From: Promethearchaeati archaeon SRVP18_Atabeyarchaeia-1
GTDB taxonomy: Archaea; Asgardarchaeota; Atabeyarchaeia; Atabeyarchaeales; Atabeyarchaeaceae
Reading direction: 5' to 3'
Assembly: GCA_037308085.1 (NCBI GenBank)
Contig: CP147779.1
Coordinates: 384,001 to 448,000, forward strand
DNA: 64,000 nucleotides
Shown here one piece after another: positions 39,097-49,716 of the stretch; the stretch's first letter is position 1, and each line of letters opens with the position of its first letter. The position numbers and the translations under genes are program-made. The notes beneath the pieces were generated by a model that had not been told where the DNA came from, searched no databases, and saw only the letters and a program-made list of their open reading frames with translations.

Positions 39097-39450
39097 ATGA
39101 AAACCGTCAGGAGCCGATACATCGCATTCGAAATGCAGAAACAATCAGGAGTTTACCCGACCAGATCCTCGTTTATCGAAGCAATCATAGGCAGATTGAG
39201 GCTGGCAAAAGATCAACCGGTGGGGTTGAGGTTTAGAATTGTCGAATATGATTATCCAAGGTTCAAAGGGATCGTAAAGACAACGCCCCACACTGCCGTA
39301 GAATGGATGAAGGCTCTCCTTGGATCTGTCAACGAGATCTGTGGCTGGCAGGTGACAATACGCGTTCTGGGAACAAGTGGAACCCTGAAAGCGCTCAGAG
39401 AGAAATACCTAGATGGGCACAAATTAACCAAAAATGATAAGAGTAGCTGA
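39097..39450 (+). CDS. rnp2: Ribonuclease P protein Pop5 (Rpp14/Pop5 family)
   Basis: RYIAF and C-terminal VLGTSGTLKAL; superoperon position. Confidence 0.8.
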   Translation: MKTVRSRYIAFEMQKQSGVYPTRSSFIEAIIGRLRLAKDQPVGLRFRIVEYDYPRFKGIVKTTPHTAVEWMKALLGSVNEICGWQVTIRVLGTSGTLKALREKYLDGHKLTKNDKSS

Positions 39451-39465
39451 ATGAATATATCATCC

Positions 39466-39535
39466 GAGAGGGATGAGCCGGCCGTCCCATTGTGAGCTTT
39501 CGAGCGATGAGCACCCCGCGACGAAGTGACCTCTC
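39466..39535 (+). ncRNA. Candidate C/D-box guide sRNA
   Basis: Terminal stem GAGAGG/CCTCTC; GATGA - 15 nt - GTGA - GCT-TTCG-AGC hairpin - GATGA - 15 nt - GTGA. Confidence 0.55.
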
Positions 39536-39699
39536 ATTTATCTCTTCTTCTGGTCTAGCGTGATGCCGACTCCATTTTGCCTCCCCAAGTCCTCATAACG
39601 AAGATTGAGCTGGCGACTAGAAAGATTTATCTCATTGTCGGAGCAACAGAAAAGCCAACTTGATTCGGACTTCTCACAAGCAGGAAAGCAGTTTCGTGC

Positions 39700-40089
39700 G
39701 TGATGCGGATGGGCAAAGAGAACTATTCTGAGTCCAGAGGAAGAGTCACGGTGAGAACGTTGATTCCGCCTGTTGCGGTAGCGTTCTTTTCGATGTTGTT
39801 TGTACTTTTGCTCACCTTGTTTCCTAGCTTTCGCAACATTTTCAGCCCTAGCGCCACAAAGATTGTCATAGTCTTTCTGATGTGGCTCTTCTTCGCGTCA
39901 ACGCTGGTCACCCTCGCAGACTTTAGAGAGATGCAGGGAACCATTTCAGGGTGGTTAGATGTCTTAGTTATAATACTCCTTGAGGGTCTGCTGGGCTACT
40001 TGGTTTTTGCCGACCTCCTGTATGTCTCGATACTGGTCGTATTGTGTGGCCTATTCGTTGCATATGTGAGCTTCGCCCAACGCGACTGA
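39700..40089 (+). CDS. Small integral membrane protein (about 4 TM)
   Basis: 129-aa strongly hydrophobic ORF. Confidence 0.7.
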   Translation: MMRMGKENYSESRGRVTVRTLIPPVAVAFFSMLFVLLLTLFPSFRNIFSPSATKIVIVFLMWLFFASTLVTLADFREMQGTISGWLDVLVIILLEGLLGYLVFADLLYVSILVVLCGLFVAYVSFAQRD

Positions 40090-40288
40090 CAGCGAATAAG
40101 GTCGGAAACGACTGTTTTATATGCGTGAGTTCAGTATCAGAGCTATGCAGTCGCTAACTGCAATTTGAATTTGAGAGGAGGGAAAGAAATAAGAATAAAG
40201 ATGGGTTTCTTTCCCTCCCGCAAAGCACCTTGTACAATGGAACATTTCGCATTCATCTGTTTACGGAAGTCAGTCTTCAGGAGGATAG

Positions 40289-41014
40289 TTGTCTTTGTTT
40301 GCTCCACCTGGTACCGGCTATGACAGAGCAATAACAGTGTTCAGCCCCGATGGCAGATTGTTCCAAGTTGAGTACGCACTTGAAGCCGTTCGACGAGGGA
40401 CAACGGCGATAGGCATCAAAAGCAACCAAGGAGTTGTCCTTGCTGTCGAGAAGAACGTACTGCGCCTGCAAGAACCCGAGAGCGTTGAAAAGGTTTTCAT
40501 GGTAGATGACCACGTTGGGGCGGCCATAGCTGGGCTGACAGCCGACGCAAGAGTTCTTGTGGATCAAGCGAGGCTAATCGCGCAGATAAATCGCCTAACT
40601 TACGATGAAGCGATTGGAATAGAGGCGCTAGCCAGGCAGATCGGCGACTACAAGCAATGGTGTACTCAACACGCGGGTATACGCCCGTTCGGTGTGTCGT
40701 TCCTGATTGCGGGCATAGATGACCTGGGAACCCACCTGTATCTGACTGACCCAAGTGGAACGTACTGGAGTTACAAGGCGGGGGCAATAGGGGCGGGCGG
40801 GCAAACCGCAAGAGAGATTCTTCAAAAGGAATACAAAGACGATATTTCGCTAGATGGATGCATCGAATTGGCTGTAAAGATCCTCTCGAAAGTAATCGAA
40901 GAGAATTTTGACCCTTCGAAAGTGGAAGTCGCGGTAATAAAGAAGGAAATTCGAAAATTCGGGTATCTCTCAATTGAAGAGATAAAGGAATACATGAAAA
41001 AGTTTAAGGAGTGA
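40289..41014 (+). CDS. psmA: Proteasome alpha subunit
   Basis: GYDRAITVFSPDGRLFQVEYA, RPFGVS, TDPSG. Confidence 0.97.
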   Translation: MSLFAPPGTGYDRAITVFSPDGRLFQVEYALEAVRRGTTAIGIKSNQGVVLAVEKNVLRLQEPESVEKVFMVDDHVGAAIAGLTADARVLVDQARLIAQINRLTYDEAIGIEALARQIGDYKQWCTQHAGIRPFGVSFLIAGIDDLGTHLYLTDPSGTYWSYKAGAIGAGGQTAREILQKEYKDDISLDGCIELAVKILSKVIEENFDPSKVEVAVIKKEIRKFGYLSIEEIKEYMKKFKE

Positions 41015-41066
41015 GCTGTAGTCTATCGAAGTTCTACGGCTGCAGCGCCAACGGACGGGGTTTTTG

Positions 41067-41786
41067 ATGGGCACTTCAATGCATGGAGAGAAGTGGGTTG
41101 ATCTAGGTAATGCCGTAGTAGCACGCCTAGAAACCAAAGGTTCGAGGTTCGAGGTACTTGTCGACCCAGATAAGGCGCTCGAGTTCAAGAAAGGCGGAAA
41201 CATCGATATTAGGGACGTATTAATGGGTTACGTCATATTCGAGGATGCCCACAGAGGTAAGAAAGCCCCTGAAGAGAAACTGAAGGTTGCTTTCGAGACT
41301 GACGACATATTCACAATTGCGTCGCTTATAATCAGGAGTGGTGAGGTCCAGCTCACAGCTGAGCAACGAAAAAGCATGATCGAGGAGAAGAAGAAGAGGA
41401 TTATTCACATCATATCGAGGAATTCCATAAATCCGCAGACAGGGCTTCCACATCCTCCTGCAAGGATCGAGGCTGCCATAGAGGAGGCAAAGGTACCGAT
41501 CAATCCATTTAGAGATCCAGATGAACAGGCCAAGGAAGTCGTTGAAGCTTTGAGGCCAATTCTGCCGATAAGAATGGAGACTACCAAGCTGGCCGTTAAG
41601 ATCCCTCCTCCTTATTCCGCCAAGGGGTACAGCATAATAGAGAGGTTTGGAACAATCACCAAGGACGAGTGGGGGACGGACGGGTCATGGATTTGTGTAA
41701 TTGAAATACCTGCAGGGCTTCGAGTAGAGTTCATAGAGAGAGTTAATGGTTTCACCAAAGGTAAAGCGCAAGTCAAGACGATTTAG
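41067..41786 (+). CDS. Ribosome maturation factor SBDS/Sdo1
   Basis: RFEVLVDP, GEVQLTAEQR, NPQTGLPHPPARIE. Confidence 0.95.
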   Translation: MGTSMHGEKWVDLGNAVVARLETKGSRFEVLVDPDKALEFKKGGNIDIRDVLMGYVIFEDAHRGKKAPEEKLKVAFETDDIFTIASLIIRSGEVQLTAEQRKSMIEEKKKRIIHIISRNSINPQTGLPHPPARIEAAIEEAKVPINPFRDPDEQAKEVVEALRPILPIRMETTKLAVKIPPPYSAKGYSIIERFGTITKDEWGTDGSWICVIEIPAGLRVEFIERVNGFTKGKAQVKTI

Positions 41787-41841
41787 ATGATTCATTGTAA
41801 GGTGCTATTGGCTACTTCATAATTTAAGGGAGGTCGGGTTT

Positions 41842-42552
41842 TTGAGTGTTAGCTTCGAGAAACACCAGATTGTCGTTCCAGGCGAGTTGCTCGCCGTTGG
41901 AAAGAAATTCAGGCTCGGGACGGGCACATTCAGAGAAGGCGACAAGTTGTTTGCCTCTATAGTAGGACTCGCGGAGATCGGTGGCGATTTGATCCAAGTG
42001 GTTCCCCTGGAGGGAGTCTACATCCCGAAGATCGGTGACGACGTCATAGGCAAAATTGTCAATGTTACACTATCTTCGTGGAGAGTTGATATCAAATCAC
42101 CTTACTACGCTGTTCTTCAAGCATCCAATTTCCTACAGAGAAGGACCGACGTGGTCATGGATGACCTTAGGAAATACCTGGATATCGGAGACGCAGTCTT
42201 CGTGAATGTAGTGGAATTTGACAGAACAAGCCCACCAATGGTATCAGCCAGGGACAAGGGTTTCGGCAAATTGAAGGGTGGCACGATACTTGATGTCCTG
42301 CCAGCCAAGATCCCCAGGTTGATTGGTCGAGGGGGATCCATGATAAACATGATAAAGGATGAAACCAAGTGCAGGATCCTGGTCGGACAGAATGGAAGAG
42401 TCTGGATATCAGGTGAAAAATTCGAGATTGAAGATCTCGTTGTAAGAGTTGTGAGAAGGATCGAGCGTGAAGCTCATACATCAGGTTTGACTGATAGAGT
42501 GAAGGAAATGATCAAAACAGAAATGGCTACCACAGGAGGTTCAAAGAGTTGA
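41842..42552 (+). CDS. rrp4: Exosome RNA-binding subunit Rrp4
   Basis: [34 protein letters not shown]. Confidence 0.95.
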   Translation: MSVSFEKHQIVVPGELLAVGKKFRLGTGTFREGDKLFASIVGLAEIGGDLIQVVPLEGVYIPKIGDDVIGKIVNVTLSSWRVDIKSPYYAVLQASNFLQRRTDVVMDDLRKYLDIGDAVFVNVVEFDRTSPPMVSARDKGFGKLKGGTILDVLPAKIPRLIGRGGSMINMIKDETKCRILVGQNGRVWISGEKFEIEDLVVRVVRRIEREAHTSGLTDRVKEMIKTEMATTGGSKS

Positions 42553-43322
42553 TGAGTTTAATCAGACAATCAATTCCAACCAAACTGATTAACGACAATG
42601 GTTTGAGATTGAGCGGAAGAAAGCTTGATGAACTCAGACCAACGAAACTCGAAATGGGTACACTAAAAAGAGCTGACGGATCTGCATATATTGAACAGGG
42701 AAAGAACAAGATACTTGTCGCAGTCTATGGTCCGAGAGAGGTGCATCCCGCGCACCTTGCCCTTCCAGATAGATGCTTGCTGAGGTGCGTCTATCGCATG
42801 GCCTCCTTCTCAGTTGAAGAAAGAAAGAGTCCTGCCCCAGGGCGCCGTGAGATAGAGCTGTCTAAAGTGATAAGAGAATCTCTTGAACCATCACTATTCC
42901 TTGAAGAGTTCCCTCGCGCTGGAATAGACGTCTACATCCAGATACTGCAGGCTGATGGTGGCACGAGGTGTGCAAGTATCACAGCCGCATCTCTGGCGCT
43001 AGCAGACGCGGGCATCCCCATGCGGGACTTGGTAGTTGCTTGTGCAGCCGGAAAAGTTGAAAACCAGATTCTCTTAGACATCGACGATGCAGAGGACAAA
43101 TATGGAAGCGGCGACATGCCTGTCGCCATGATGCCAAGAAAGAACGAGATCACCCTGCTTCAGCTCGACGGCATCTTCTCGCCAGAGGAATTTCAGAAGG
43201 CACTAGAACTGGCACAGCAAGGTTGCATGCAGCTATACGAAAATCAGAGAAACGTGATCAAGGAGAAGTACAAGACAATACGCGATGAAGTCGCCACAGA
43301 CGAGAAGAAGGAGAAACAATAA
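42549..43322 (+). CDS. rrp41: Exosome subunit Rrp41
   Basis: [29 protein letters not shown]. Confidence 0.96.
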   Translation: MMSLIRQSIPTKLINDNGLRLSGRKLDELRPTKLEMGTLKRADGSAYIEQGKNKILVAVYGPREVHPAHLALPDRCLLRCVYRMASFSVEERKSPAPGRREIELSKVIRESLEPSLFLEEFPRAGIDVYIQILQADGGTRCASITAASLALADAGIPMRDLVVACAAGKVENQILLDIDDAEDKYGSGDMPVAMMPRKNEITLLQLDGIFSPEEFQKALELAQQGCMQLYENQRNVIKEKYKTIRDEVATDEKKEKQ

Positions 43323-43340
43323 GGAGAGTGAAAGAGCACA

Positions 43341-44147
43341 TTGATGGGAGAAAGAATAGTTTCCGAAATCGAGCGTAACTACATTATTTCGATTGTCGAC
43401 AAGGGAAAGAGACTTGACAGTCGGGGATTTGAAGATTACAGAGAAATCAAGGTAGAGACAGACATCATAAAGAAGGCAGAAGGATCTGCACTAGTCACAT
43501 TGGGGGACACGAAGGTGCTGGTGGGAGTGAAAGCGGATATCGGAGCGCCTTTCCCAGATACACCTGACAGGGCTGTTCTAACAGTCAACGCTGAGTTCAC
43601 GGCTGGAGCCTCCCCATTATTCGAACCTGGTCCTCCAGACGAAGGCGCGATCGAGTTAGCTCGCGTAGTTGATAGAGGCATCAGAGAATCCGAGTCAGTC
43701 GATTTGAAGAAGTTATGCCTCATACCAGGAAAGAAGGTTTGGGTGATATTCGTTGATGTCTACATATTGGACCATGGAGGCAACTTATTTGATGCTTCAG
43801 AACTCGGCGCAATGTCCGCTCTAATGGTGACCAAGATTCCGAAAGCAGTTGTAGAAGGAGACGAAGTGAAGCTTGAAAACGAGAGACAACCACTTCCACT
43901 AAAGACTACATCGGTCTCAGTGACATTAGCCAAAATAGGGAGCCATCTACTCGTCGACCCAATTGTCGAGGAAGAGAGTGTAATGGATTGCAGACTAACT
44001 ATGGCCACCGACAATGAGGGGCACATAGTCGCCGTGCAAAAGGGAGGCGTGGGAACCTTCACACCGCAGGAGATCCTAAAGGCCGCTGAACTCACCCAGA
44101 GGAAGGCAACTGAACTCCGAGGCAAATTGCCAAAGCGCGAGGATTAG
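43341..44147 (+). CDS. rrp42: Exosome subunit Rrp42
   Basis: KAEGSA, PFPDTP, FEPGPP, ELARVVDRGIRES. Confidence 0.96.
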   Translation: MMGERIVSEIERNYIISIVDKGKRLDSRGFEDYREIKVETDIIKKAEGSALVTLGDTKVLVGVKADIGAPFPDTPDRAVLTVNAEFTAGASPLFEPGPPDEGAIELARVVDRGIRESESVDLKKLCLIPGKKVWVIFVDVYILDHGGNLFDASELGAMSALMVTKIPKAVVEGDEVKLENERQPLPLKTTSVSVTLAKIGSHLLVDPIVEEESVMDCRLTMATDNEGHIVAVQKGGVGTFTPQEILKAAELTQRKATELRGKLPKRED

Positions 44148-44222
44148 AAACCGCAAGTCTTATAGAGTGACATCAGAGGTAGATACGTGTCTTTAAGCTT
44201 CCAAAATGGACGTGATTTAGCG

Positions 44223-44474
44223 ATGGGGCGTACAAAGAAGGCCGGCACAACCGGAAGGTTCGGCTCAAGATACGGCGCAACAGTCAGGAAGAGAGTCAAG
44301 GAGATTGAAAAGGAGCAGAAATCATACCACAAGTGCCCAAACTGTGAGACTCGCGCGCTCAGACGAGTCGCCGTAGGCATATGGCAATGCAAGAAATGCA
44401 ACATGACCTTCGCAGGCGGCGCTTGGAAACCGTTTCCTATGGAGAAGTTGCGAAGGGGAACTACGAAGGCTTAG
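44223..44474 (+). CDS. rpl37ae: 50S ribosomal protein L37Ae (eL43)
   Basis: GRFGSRYGATVRKR, CPNC, GIWQCKKC, FAGGAW. Confidence 0.96.
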   Translation: MGRTKKAGTTGRFGSRYGATVRKRVKEIEKEQKSYHKCPNCETRALRRVAVGIWQCKKCNMTFAGGAWKPFPMEKLRRGTTKA

Positions 44475-44507
44475 AGGAGCAAGCGAATCTGCTTTCTTGG
44501 TCCGCGC

Positions 44508-44930
44508 TTGGATACCCTTTATCTCATAGTGACCGAGAAGGGAAGCATAGAACGAGAAAGCAAAAATCAACAAGCCGACCAATTCTTTGCCAAGACTGAA
44601 ACAGCTCGTTTTAGATGTAGACAAGAAGACACCCATCACCTCTCCCCCGTGGCTGAAGCACGCGGGCTTCCCGTTTCGTTTGCTTGCTCCCAACCGTCGC
44701 TAGGTTGGTGCCATGGAAACTCTGTCGTTGCGTACCCTCTGCAAAAGAAGGAAGGAGATATCTCAGAATCCAGCGATGCAAGAAGCGCCTGACGTCAGGA
44801 CCCGAAGAAACGGATCATGGTGATATCCCAAGATCTATTTATCCAATTCTTGATGGTGGATTCGTTCAGCTATTATGACAAAGAGAAGCTCGCAACCCTG
44901 CGCGTAGGTGGCGCATCAATTGAAGAAACT
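44508..44930 (+). pseudogene. Possible degenerate Brix/IMP4-like remnant
   Basis: Occupies the usual Brix slot between rpl37ae and pcc1; two same-frame ORFs separated by one TGA (44790-44792); only faint resemblance (LIVTEKG; FSYYDKE). Confidence 0.25.
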
Positions 44931-45195
44931 CCCCGACGTTTGGGCGATCCGAGCCACACTGGAACTGGAAACAAGAACCGAAACGCAAGAACTGGTTCTT
45001 GCCGTCATGAGACCAGAGTTTGCGCGCCAGAATTCCACCAGATCGAATGTGGTGACAAAGGCCTCTAGTCACGGAGTCATCATCAAGGTGAAAGCAAGGG
45101 ATTTAAGTAGTTTCAGATCATCTGTTACCTCGATACTACGATTGATTAGTGTCATTTTGGAAATGCAGAAAATCATTAGAAATGAAGCACGTTGA
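44908..45195 (+). CDS. pcc1: KEOPS subunit Pcc1
   Basis: PE..RS, IKVKARDLSSFRSSVTSILRL; precedes prefoldin beta. Confidence 0.75.
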   Translation: MAHQLKKLPDVWAIRATLELETRTETQELVLAVMRPEFARQNSTRSNVVTKASSHGVIIKVKARDLSSFRSSVTSILRLISVILEMQKIIRNEAR

Positions 45196-45213
45196 AGACG
45201 GAGGTACAAACGC

Positions 45214-45582
45214 TTGGGTCAAGAAATACCGCCTCAGCTGCAACAGGAGCTTGTAATGCGAGAACAGATCAGACAAAAGCTGATTGAACTATTCGAGCGT
45301 AGACAGCAGTTCGAAATACTCCTTCGCGAAACCGAAGGAGCGCTATCTGAGCTTGAAAAGCTGGACGCTAGCGTCCCAGTCTACAAAAGTGTGGGACCGC
45401 TGCTCATTAAAGCTGAAAAAGACAAACTCAAGCAGGAGCTGAGCGAACGCAAGGAAACCCTTAGCATCCAGTCAAAGACGCTGGAAAAGCAGGAAGAAAG
45501 GACCCGAAAACAACTCGAGGAGAAGGACACAAAACTTCAGCAGGAACTGAAAACCCGCGGTATACTTGGCGGAACAACCTGA
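45214..45582 (+). CDS. pfdB: Prefoldin beta subunit
   Basis: IPPQLQ, coiled coils, VYKSVGPLLIK. Confidence 0.93.
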   Translation: MGQEIPPQLQQELVMREQIRQKLIELFERRQQFEILLRETEGALSELEKLDASVPVYKSVGPLLIKAEKDKLKQELSERKETLSIQSKTLEKQEERTRKQLEEKDTKLQQELKTRGILGGTT

Positions 45583-45738
45583 TGATTCACGGGATAGAGC
45601 TTCTGCATGCTTGGCTGATTTCATAGGTAAGACATGGGAACCACGTCTCTTCTTGTCAAAGTATGATCATTTTTCAGCGAACCTGATGATAGCCCCTAGA
45701 TCATGGAGGCGCGGTCCATCATTCACCATAACAACCTA

Positions 45739-46032
45739 ATGAAGTTGGGAGCTGAACAGATCGGAGGCATAATTAGGGCAGCTGAGCATGCTGCACGAAG
45801 GTATATCACTTCCAAGCTTCAAAGAAGTGAAGTTGAGGATCTTGACATAACAGTTGAAGTCGAGATTAATGAAGATCTCTCTTTCGAGGTAGAAGTCAAC
45901 CTGGATACGATTCAAGACAAAGATACTTACCAGGAAATAGTTGACGGGGCAATTGAGGTAGCTCACGCAGCCATAAAGAATGAATTGGACAAACTCGCTG
46001 ATTGCCGACTAGACCGACCGCCCTCAGATTAG
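45739..46032 (+). CDS. DUF3194-like protein
   Basis: AEHAARRYI..EVEDLDITVEV; usual position after pfdB. Confidence 0.65.
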   Translation: MKLGAEQIGGIIRAAEHAARRYITSKLQRSEVEDLDITVEVEINEDLSFEVEVNLDTIQDKDTYQEIVDGAIEVAHAAIKNELDKLADCRLDRPPSD

Positions 46033-46078
46033 GCTACCTAGTGATGGCTTACTGTAGCTCAATGGATGATGAATATGT

Positions 46079-47086
46079 ATGCACGATTGGGAGCGGATTC
46101 TGGATCTGCTTGACCGGACGAAGGCCAAGAATATACTAATAGTCTGCCACAGAAATGCCGATCCCGACGCTCTGAGCAGTGCTCAGAGCCTAAAGTCCCT
46201 AATTCTGGAATCCTGCCAATCTGTCGAACAAGTTGGATTGGTTGCTGAGGGCATAAATCGAGTAGGGAAACGGATGCTCGAGTTCTATCCTGAGATAATG
46301 GTGACCGAAGAGATCGCTTTCCGACCAGACATCTTCATACTTGTGGATGTCAATAGCATAGAACATACAGGCAGATTCGCAAGGATGATAAATGGCAGCA
46401 ATCAACCTATCATAATTATCGACCATCATGTTTCTCAGATGATGTCCAACAAGAAGGCAACCTTGGAGCTTATCAGGGAGGATGCCTCATCAACAGCTGA
46501 AATCGTAAGTTCAATCAGCGAGTCTGTCGGTAGGAAGCCCTCTAGGAACGAAGCCACTATCCTATTGGCTGGAATAATCTATGATTCAAGGCGCTTCTTA
46601 AGAATAGGAAGAAATGCATTTCATACGGCTCAAATCCTGGTGGAGGCTGGCGGAGACTACGCGAGCGCTCTCTCAGCCCTGAAGCGCGCAACCGAAAGAT
46701 CCGAGAAGATTGCGCGACTGAAAGCAGCTCAAAGGGCAAAGGTGACCGACATCAATGGATGGATAGTGACGTGCTCACATGTCAGCTCTTTTGGAGCCAG
46801 CGCCTGTGGGGCGCTCATCGACTTGGGGTCGGACGTCGCCATAGTCTCGTCGAAAAGGAAGAGCGAGAAAAGGGTGACAGCGAGATCCAGCAGCTTTTTC
46901 TGCGAAACTACCGGAGTCAATCTGGCGGGAATAATGGAAGAGATCGGGCGAGAATTTGGCGGTCATGGCGGAGGACATCCCACGGCTGCAACTGTCTCTG
47001 GCATAAGGGATGACGGTAAGGGAGAACGCATGATACTAAAGCTTATTGAAGACCGCATAAAAGAGACAAGAGCCCAGCGACCCTAG
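46079..47086 (+). CDS. DHH-family phosphoesterase (NrnA-like)
   Basis: HRNADPDA, IIDHH, SSTAE, GGGHPTAA. Confidence 0.9.
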   Translation: MHDWERILDLLDRTKAKNILIVCHRNADPDALSSAQSLKSLILESCQSVEQVGLVAEGINRVGKRMLEFYPEIMVTEEIAFRPDIFILVDVNSIEHTGRFARMINGSNQPIIIIDHHVSQMMSNKKATLELIREDASSTAEIVSSISESVGRKPSRNEATILLAGIIYDSRRFLRIGRNAFHTAQILVEAGGDYASALSALKRATERSEKIARLKAAQRAKVTDINGWIVTCSHVSSFGASACGALIDLGSDVAIVSSKRKSEKRVTARSSSFFCETTGVNLAGIMEEIGREFGGHGGGHPTAATVSGIRDDGKGERMILKLIEDRIKETRAQRP

Positions 47087-47183
47087 TAGCTCGTCGGACA
47101 GATTCTTTTATTTGCATTCAATGCCTTACTTAAGCTGAACTGGTATGCACCTTCTTGCTCCCTGCAGGGAAGGTTTGGAAAAC

Positions 47184-48014
47184 ATGACCAGCGCTATCGA
47201 TGTGGAAGACTTAACATTCAGTTATAGGGGAAGCAGAAGGCCAGCCATAAGGAACGTCAATATGACGATCACAGACGGCGAATACATCGTGGTCACTGGC
47301 CCCACAGGATGTGGCAAGACCACTCTCTGTAGATGCTTCAATGGACTAATACCACATTTCCACCAAGGGAAAATGAATGGAAAAGTTGTGGTTGGCGGTA
47401 TTGACACGGCAGAGAGCAAGGTCTCAGATCTCTCCCAGAGAGTTGGATTTGTCTTTCAGGATCCCGAGAATCAGCTGGTCGCTCTCAACGTCGAGAGAGA
47501 ACTTGCTTTCGCGCCAGAGAATCTTGGTCTTCCACGCGAGGAGATCCGAGAAAGGGTGGAAGAATCCATAAAAATGGTGGAAATTGACCATCTCAGAGGC
47601 AAGGCGCCCTATGAGCTTTCGGGAGGAGAGCAGCAGAGAGTTGCAATAGCGGCAGTCTTGACGCTTAAACCTAAGATTCTCGTTCTGGACGAGCCGACTT
47701 CAAACCTAGATCCTCTGGGCGCGAAGAAAGTCGTGAACCTGCTCGGGAGACTAAACCATGAACACAAAATGACAATAGTTCTAATTGAGCATAGACTTGA
47801 CTTGGTAGCTCCCTTCTCGAACAGGATTCTAGTGATGAATGATGGTGAGATCGCTGTGGATGGAGAACCTCGCAAAGTTCTATCATACGATCTTGTTGAA
47901 CGACTAGGAATTGGGATCCCGAGGATACTCAAGTTATTCAAGGAACTCAGAATCGATGACGCCAATCACAGGCTCCCATTAACTCCCGATGAAGCTGTAA
48001 ATCTACTCGTCTGA
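47184..48014 (+). CDS. ECF transporter ATPase (EcfA)
   Basis: GPTGCGKTT, FQDPENQ, LSGGEQQR, LDEP. Confidence 0.92.
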   Translation: MTSAIDVEDLTFSYRGSRRPAIRNVNMTITDGEYIVVTGPTGCGKTTLCRCFNGLIPHFHQGKMNGKVVVGGIDTAESKVSDLSQRVGFVFQDPENQLVALNVERELAFAPENLGLPREEIRERVEESIKMVEIDHLRGKAPYELSGGEQQRVAIAAVLTLKPKILVLDEPTSNLDPLGAKKVVNLLGRLNHEHKMTIVLIEHRLDLVAPFSNRILVMNDGEIAVDGEPRKVLSYDLVERLGIGIPRILKLFKELRIDDANHRLPLTPDEAVNLLV

Positions 48015-48030
48015 AAAGGCTGGTGTCGAT

Positions 48031-48846
48031 TTGATCATAGTCGAAGGGGTCTGGTTTACTTACCCTGACGGACCAACGGCTTTGAGGGGAGTCTCCCTGA
48101 AAATAGGTGATGGGGAGCTTGTCGCGATTATGGGAGAAAACGGCGCTGGCAAGACTACACTGATCAAATGCTTCAATGGACTTCTGAAGCCCCAAAAAGG
48201 CGTGGTCTTCATAAATAACCTGGACACCCGCGCTGCAACAGTTGCTCAGCTTGCCCGCCAAGTCGGATTCGTCTTTCAGAATGCCGATCATCAATTGTTC
48301 TCCGACACGGTCTACTCCGAGGTTGCATTTGCACTAAGAAACTTCCACTTTCCAAAGGCGGAGGCGCAGAGGAGGATCAGACAAGTACTGCGATCCTTCG
48401 ACTTGGAGAAGTACTCCAAAACCTCTCCATTTTCGCTAAGCGGCGGAGAACGCAAGAGAGTGGCACTGGCATCCACGCTTTGCTTTGATCCGCATACGAT
48501 AATTCTAGACGAACCCACAATCGGACAAGATGGCTCCCAAAAGAGGAAGCTGGGAGAGCTCATCAAATCGTTTAACCGCGCTGGGAGAACAGTCATAGTT
48601 GTCACCCATGATGTTGAATTTGCGGCCGATTATGCCTCCAGAGTTATCGCAATGGCCAAAGGCAGAATAGTAGGCGACGGACCTACGAGGAAGGTTCTAA
48701 CAGATTCCCATGTATTGGATGGGTGCGCCCTCCTCGCCCCCCAGATTGCGCAGCTCGCACAGGAATTATCAGAACGGGTAAAAGGCTTTCCGAGAGATGT
48801 CATAAGCATTGAGGAGGCTATTTCGGCAATACAGAATTTCTTGTGA
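48031..48846 (+). CDS. ECF transporter ATPase (EcfA')
   Basis: GENGAGKTT, FQNADHQ, LSGGERKR, LDEPT. Confidence 0.92.
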   Translation: MIIVEGVWFTYPDGPTALRGVSLKIGDGELVAIMGENGAGKTTLIKCFNGLLKPQKGVVFINNLDTRAATVAQLARQVGFVFQNADHQLFSDTVYSEVAFALRNFHFPKAEAQRRIRQVLRSFDLEKYSKTSPFSLSGGERKRVALASTLCFDPHTIILDEPTIGQDGSQKRKLGELIKSFNRAGRTVIVVTHDVEFAADYASRVIAMAKGRIVGDGPTRKVLTDSHVLDGCALLAPQIAQLAQELSERVKGFPRDVISIEEAISAIQNFL

Positions 48847-48862
48847 GGAGTAGGACAAGGGA

Positions 48863-49621
48863 TTGTCGATACTGCAAGCTTTCAACTTCAGAAAAAAGAA
48901 CACCCTGATTCATAGGCTTGATCCTAGAACAAAGCTCTATCTAGCAGTTGTGTTATTCGTCCTGAGCTTCGCGTTCAGTGAGGTGATCGTGCTCTCTGTA
49001 ATCCTACTCTTCCTTATCATGGTACTAGGAGTGGCAAGGTCACTTAGGCGATGGATTGCCACCATAAGGGGATTGTCATTCCTCCTGATATTCATAGTGG
49101 CTCTCAACAGCTTCTTCTCAACCATTGGATATGCTACGGTCATTGTTGTAAGGCTTCTAGACATAATGTCGTGCTTCTCGATATTCTTTCTTACGGTGCA
49201 CCCAGATGATCTTGCCCAAGCCTTAATCCGGCTTCACGTGTCATTTGATTTCGCCTTTACTCTCTCAATGGCTACAAGGTATGTCCCAACACTCGCCCAG
49301 GAGGCGCAAACCATAATGGATGCACAGATGGCGCGCGGGCTCGAAATGCAAAAAGGAAACATGATTAGACAAATAAGGAACTATCTTCCTGTCATAATAC
49401 CTTTGATAATCTGCTCGATTAGGCGTGCACTGTCAATAGCCGAAAGCTTAGAATCACGTGCCTTCGGTTCAACCAAGAAGCGAACCTATTTGCAGATATT
49501 GAGAATGTCGAAGAAAGACTATGCTGTGATGCTCGCAACAACATTAGTGGCGCTGTACCTAATACACCTCAAATTCTTCATTGGTCTTCCACCTTGGGCA
49601 ACTTGGCAGATCCCTCTGTAG
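48863..49621 (+). CDS. ecfT: ECF transporter transmembrane component EcfT
   Basis: HRLDPRTK, AQMARG, LESRAF. Confidence 0.92.
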   Translation: MSILQAFNFRKKNTLIHRLDPRTKLYLAVVLFVLSFAFSEVIVLSVILLFLIMVLGVARSLRRWIATIRGLSFLLIFIVALNSFFSTIGYATVIVVRLLDIMSCFSIFFLTVHPDDLAQALIRLHVSFDFAFTLSMATRYVPTLAQEAQTIMDAQMARGLEMQKGNMIRQIRNYLPVIIPLIICSIRRALSIAESLESRAFGSTKKRTYLQILRMSKKDYAVMLATTLVALYLIHLKFFIGLPPWATWQIPL

Positions 49622-49716
49622 TTTGAAATAGACGAGATAATTGTTGACTCTTCCACATCGCTTTCAACCAGATTTGCGGATGGTTTTAAGTTCACCATGA
49701 AACACCAAAGACGGAA

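Noticed and set aside
44790-44792. Selenocysteine TGA joining two same-frame ORFs
   Set aside because: No redox motif, no recognisable selenoprotein family and no SECIS seen.
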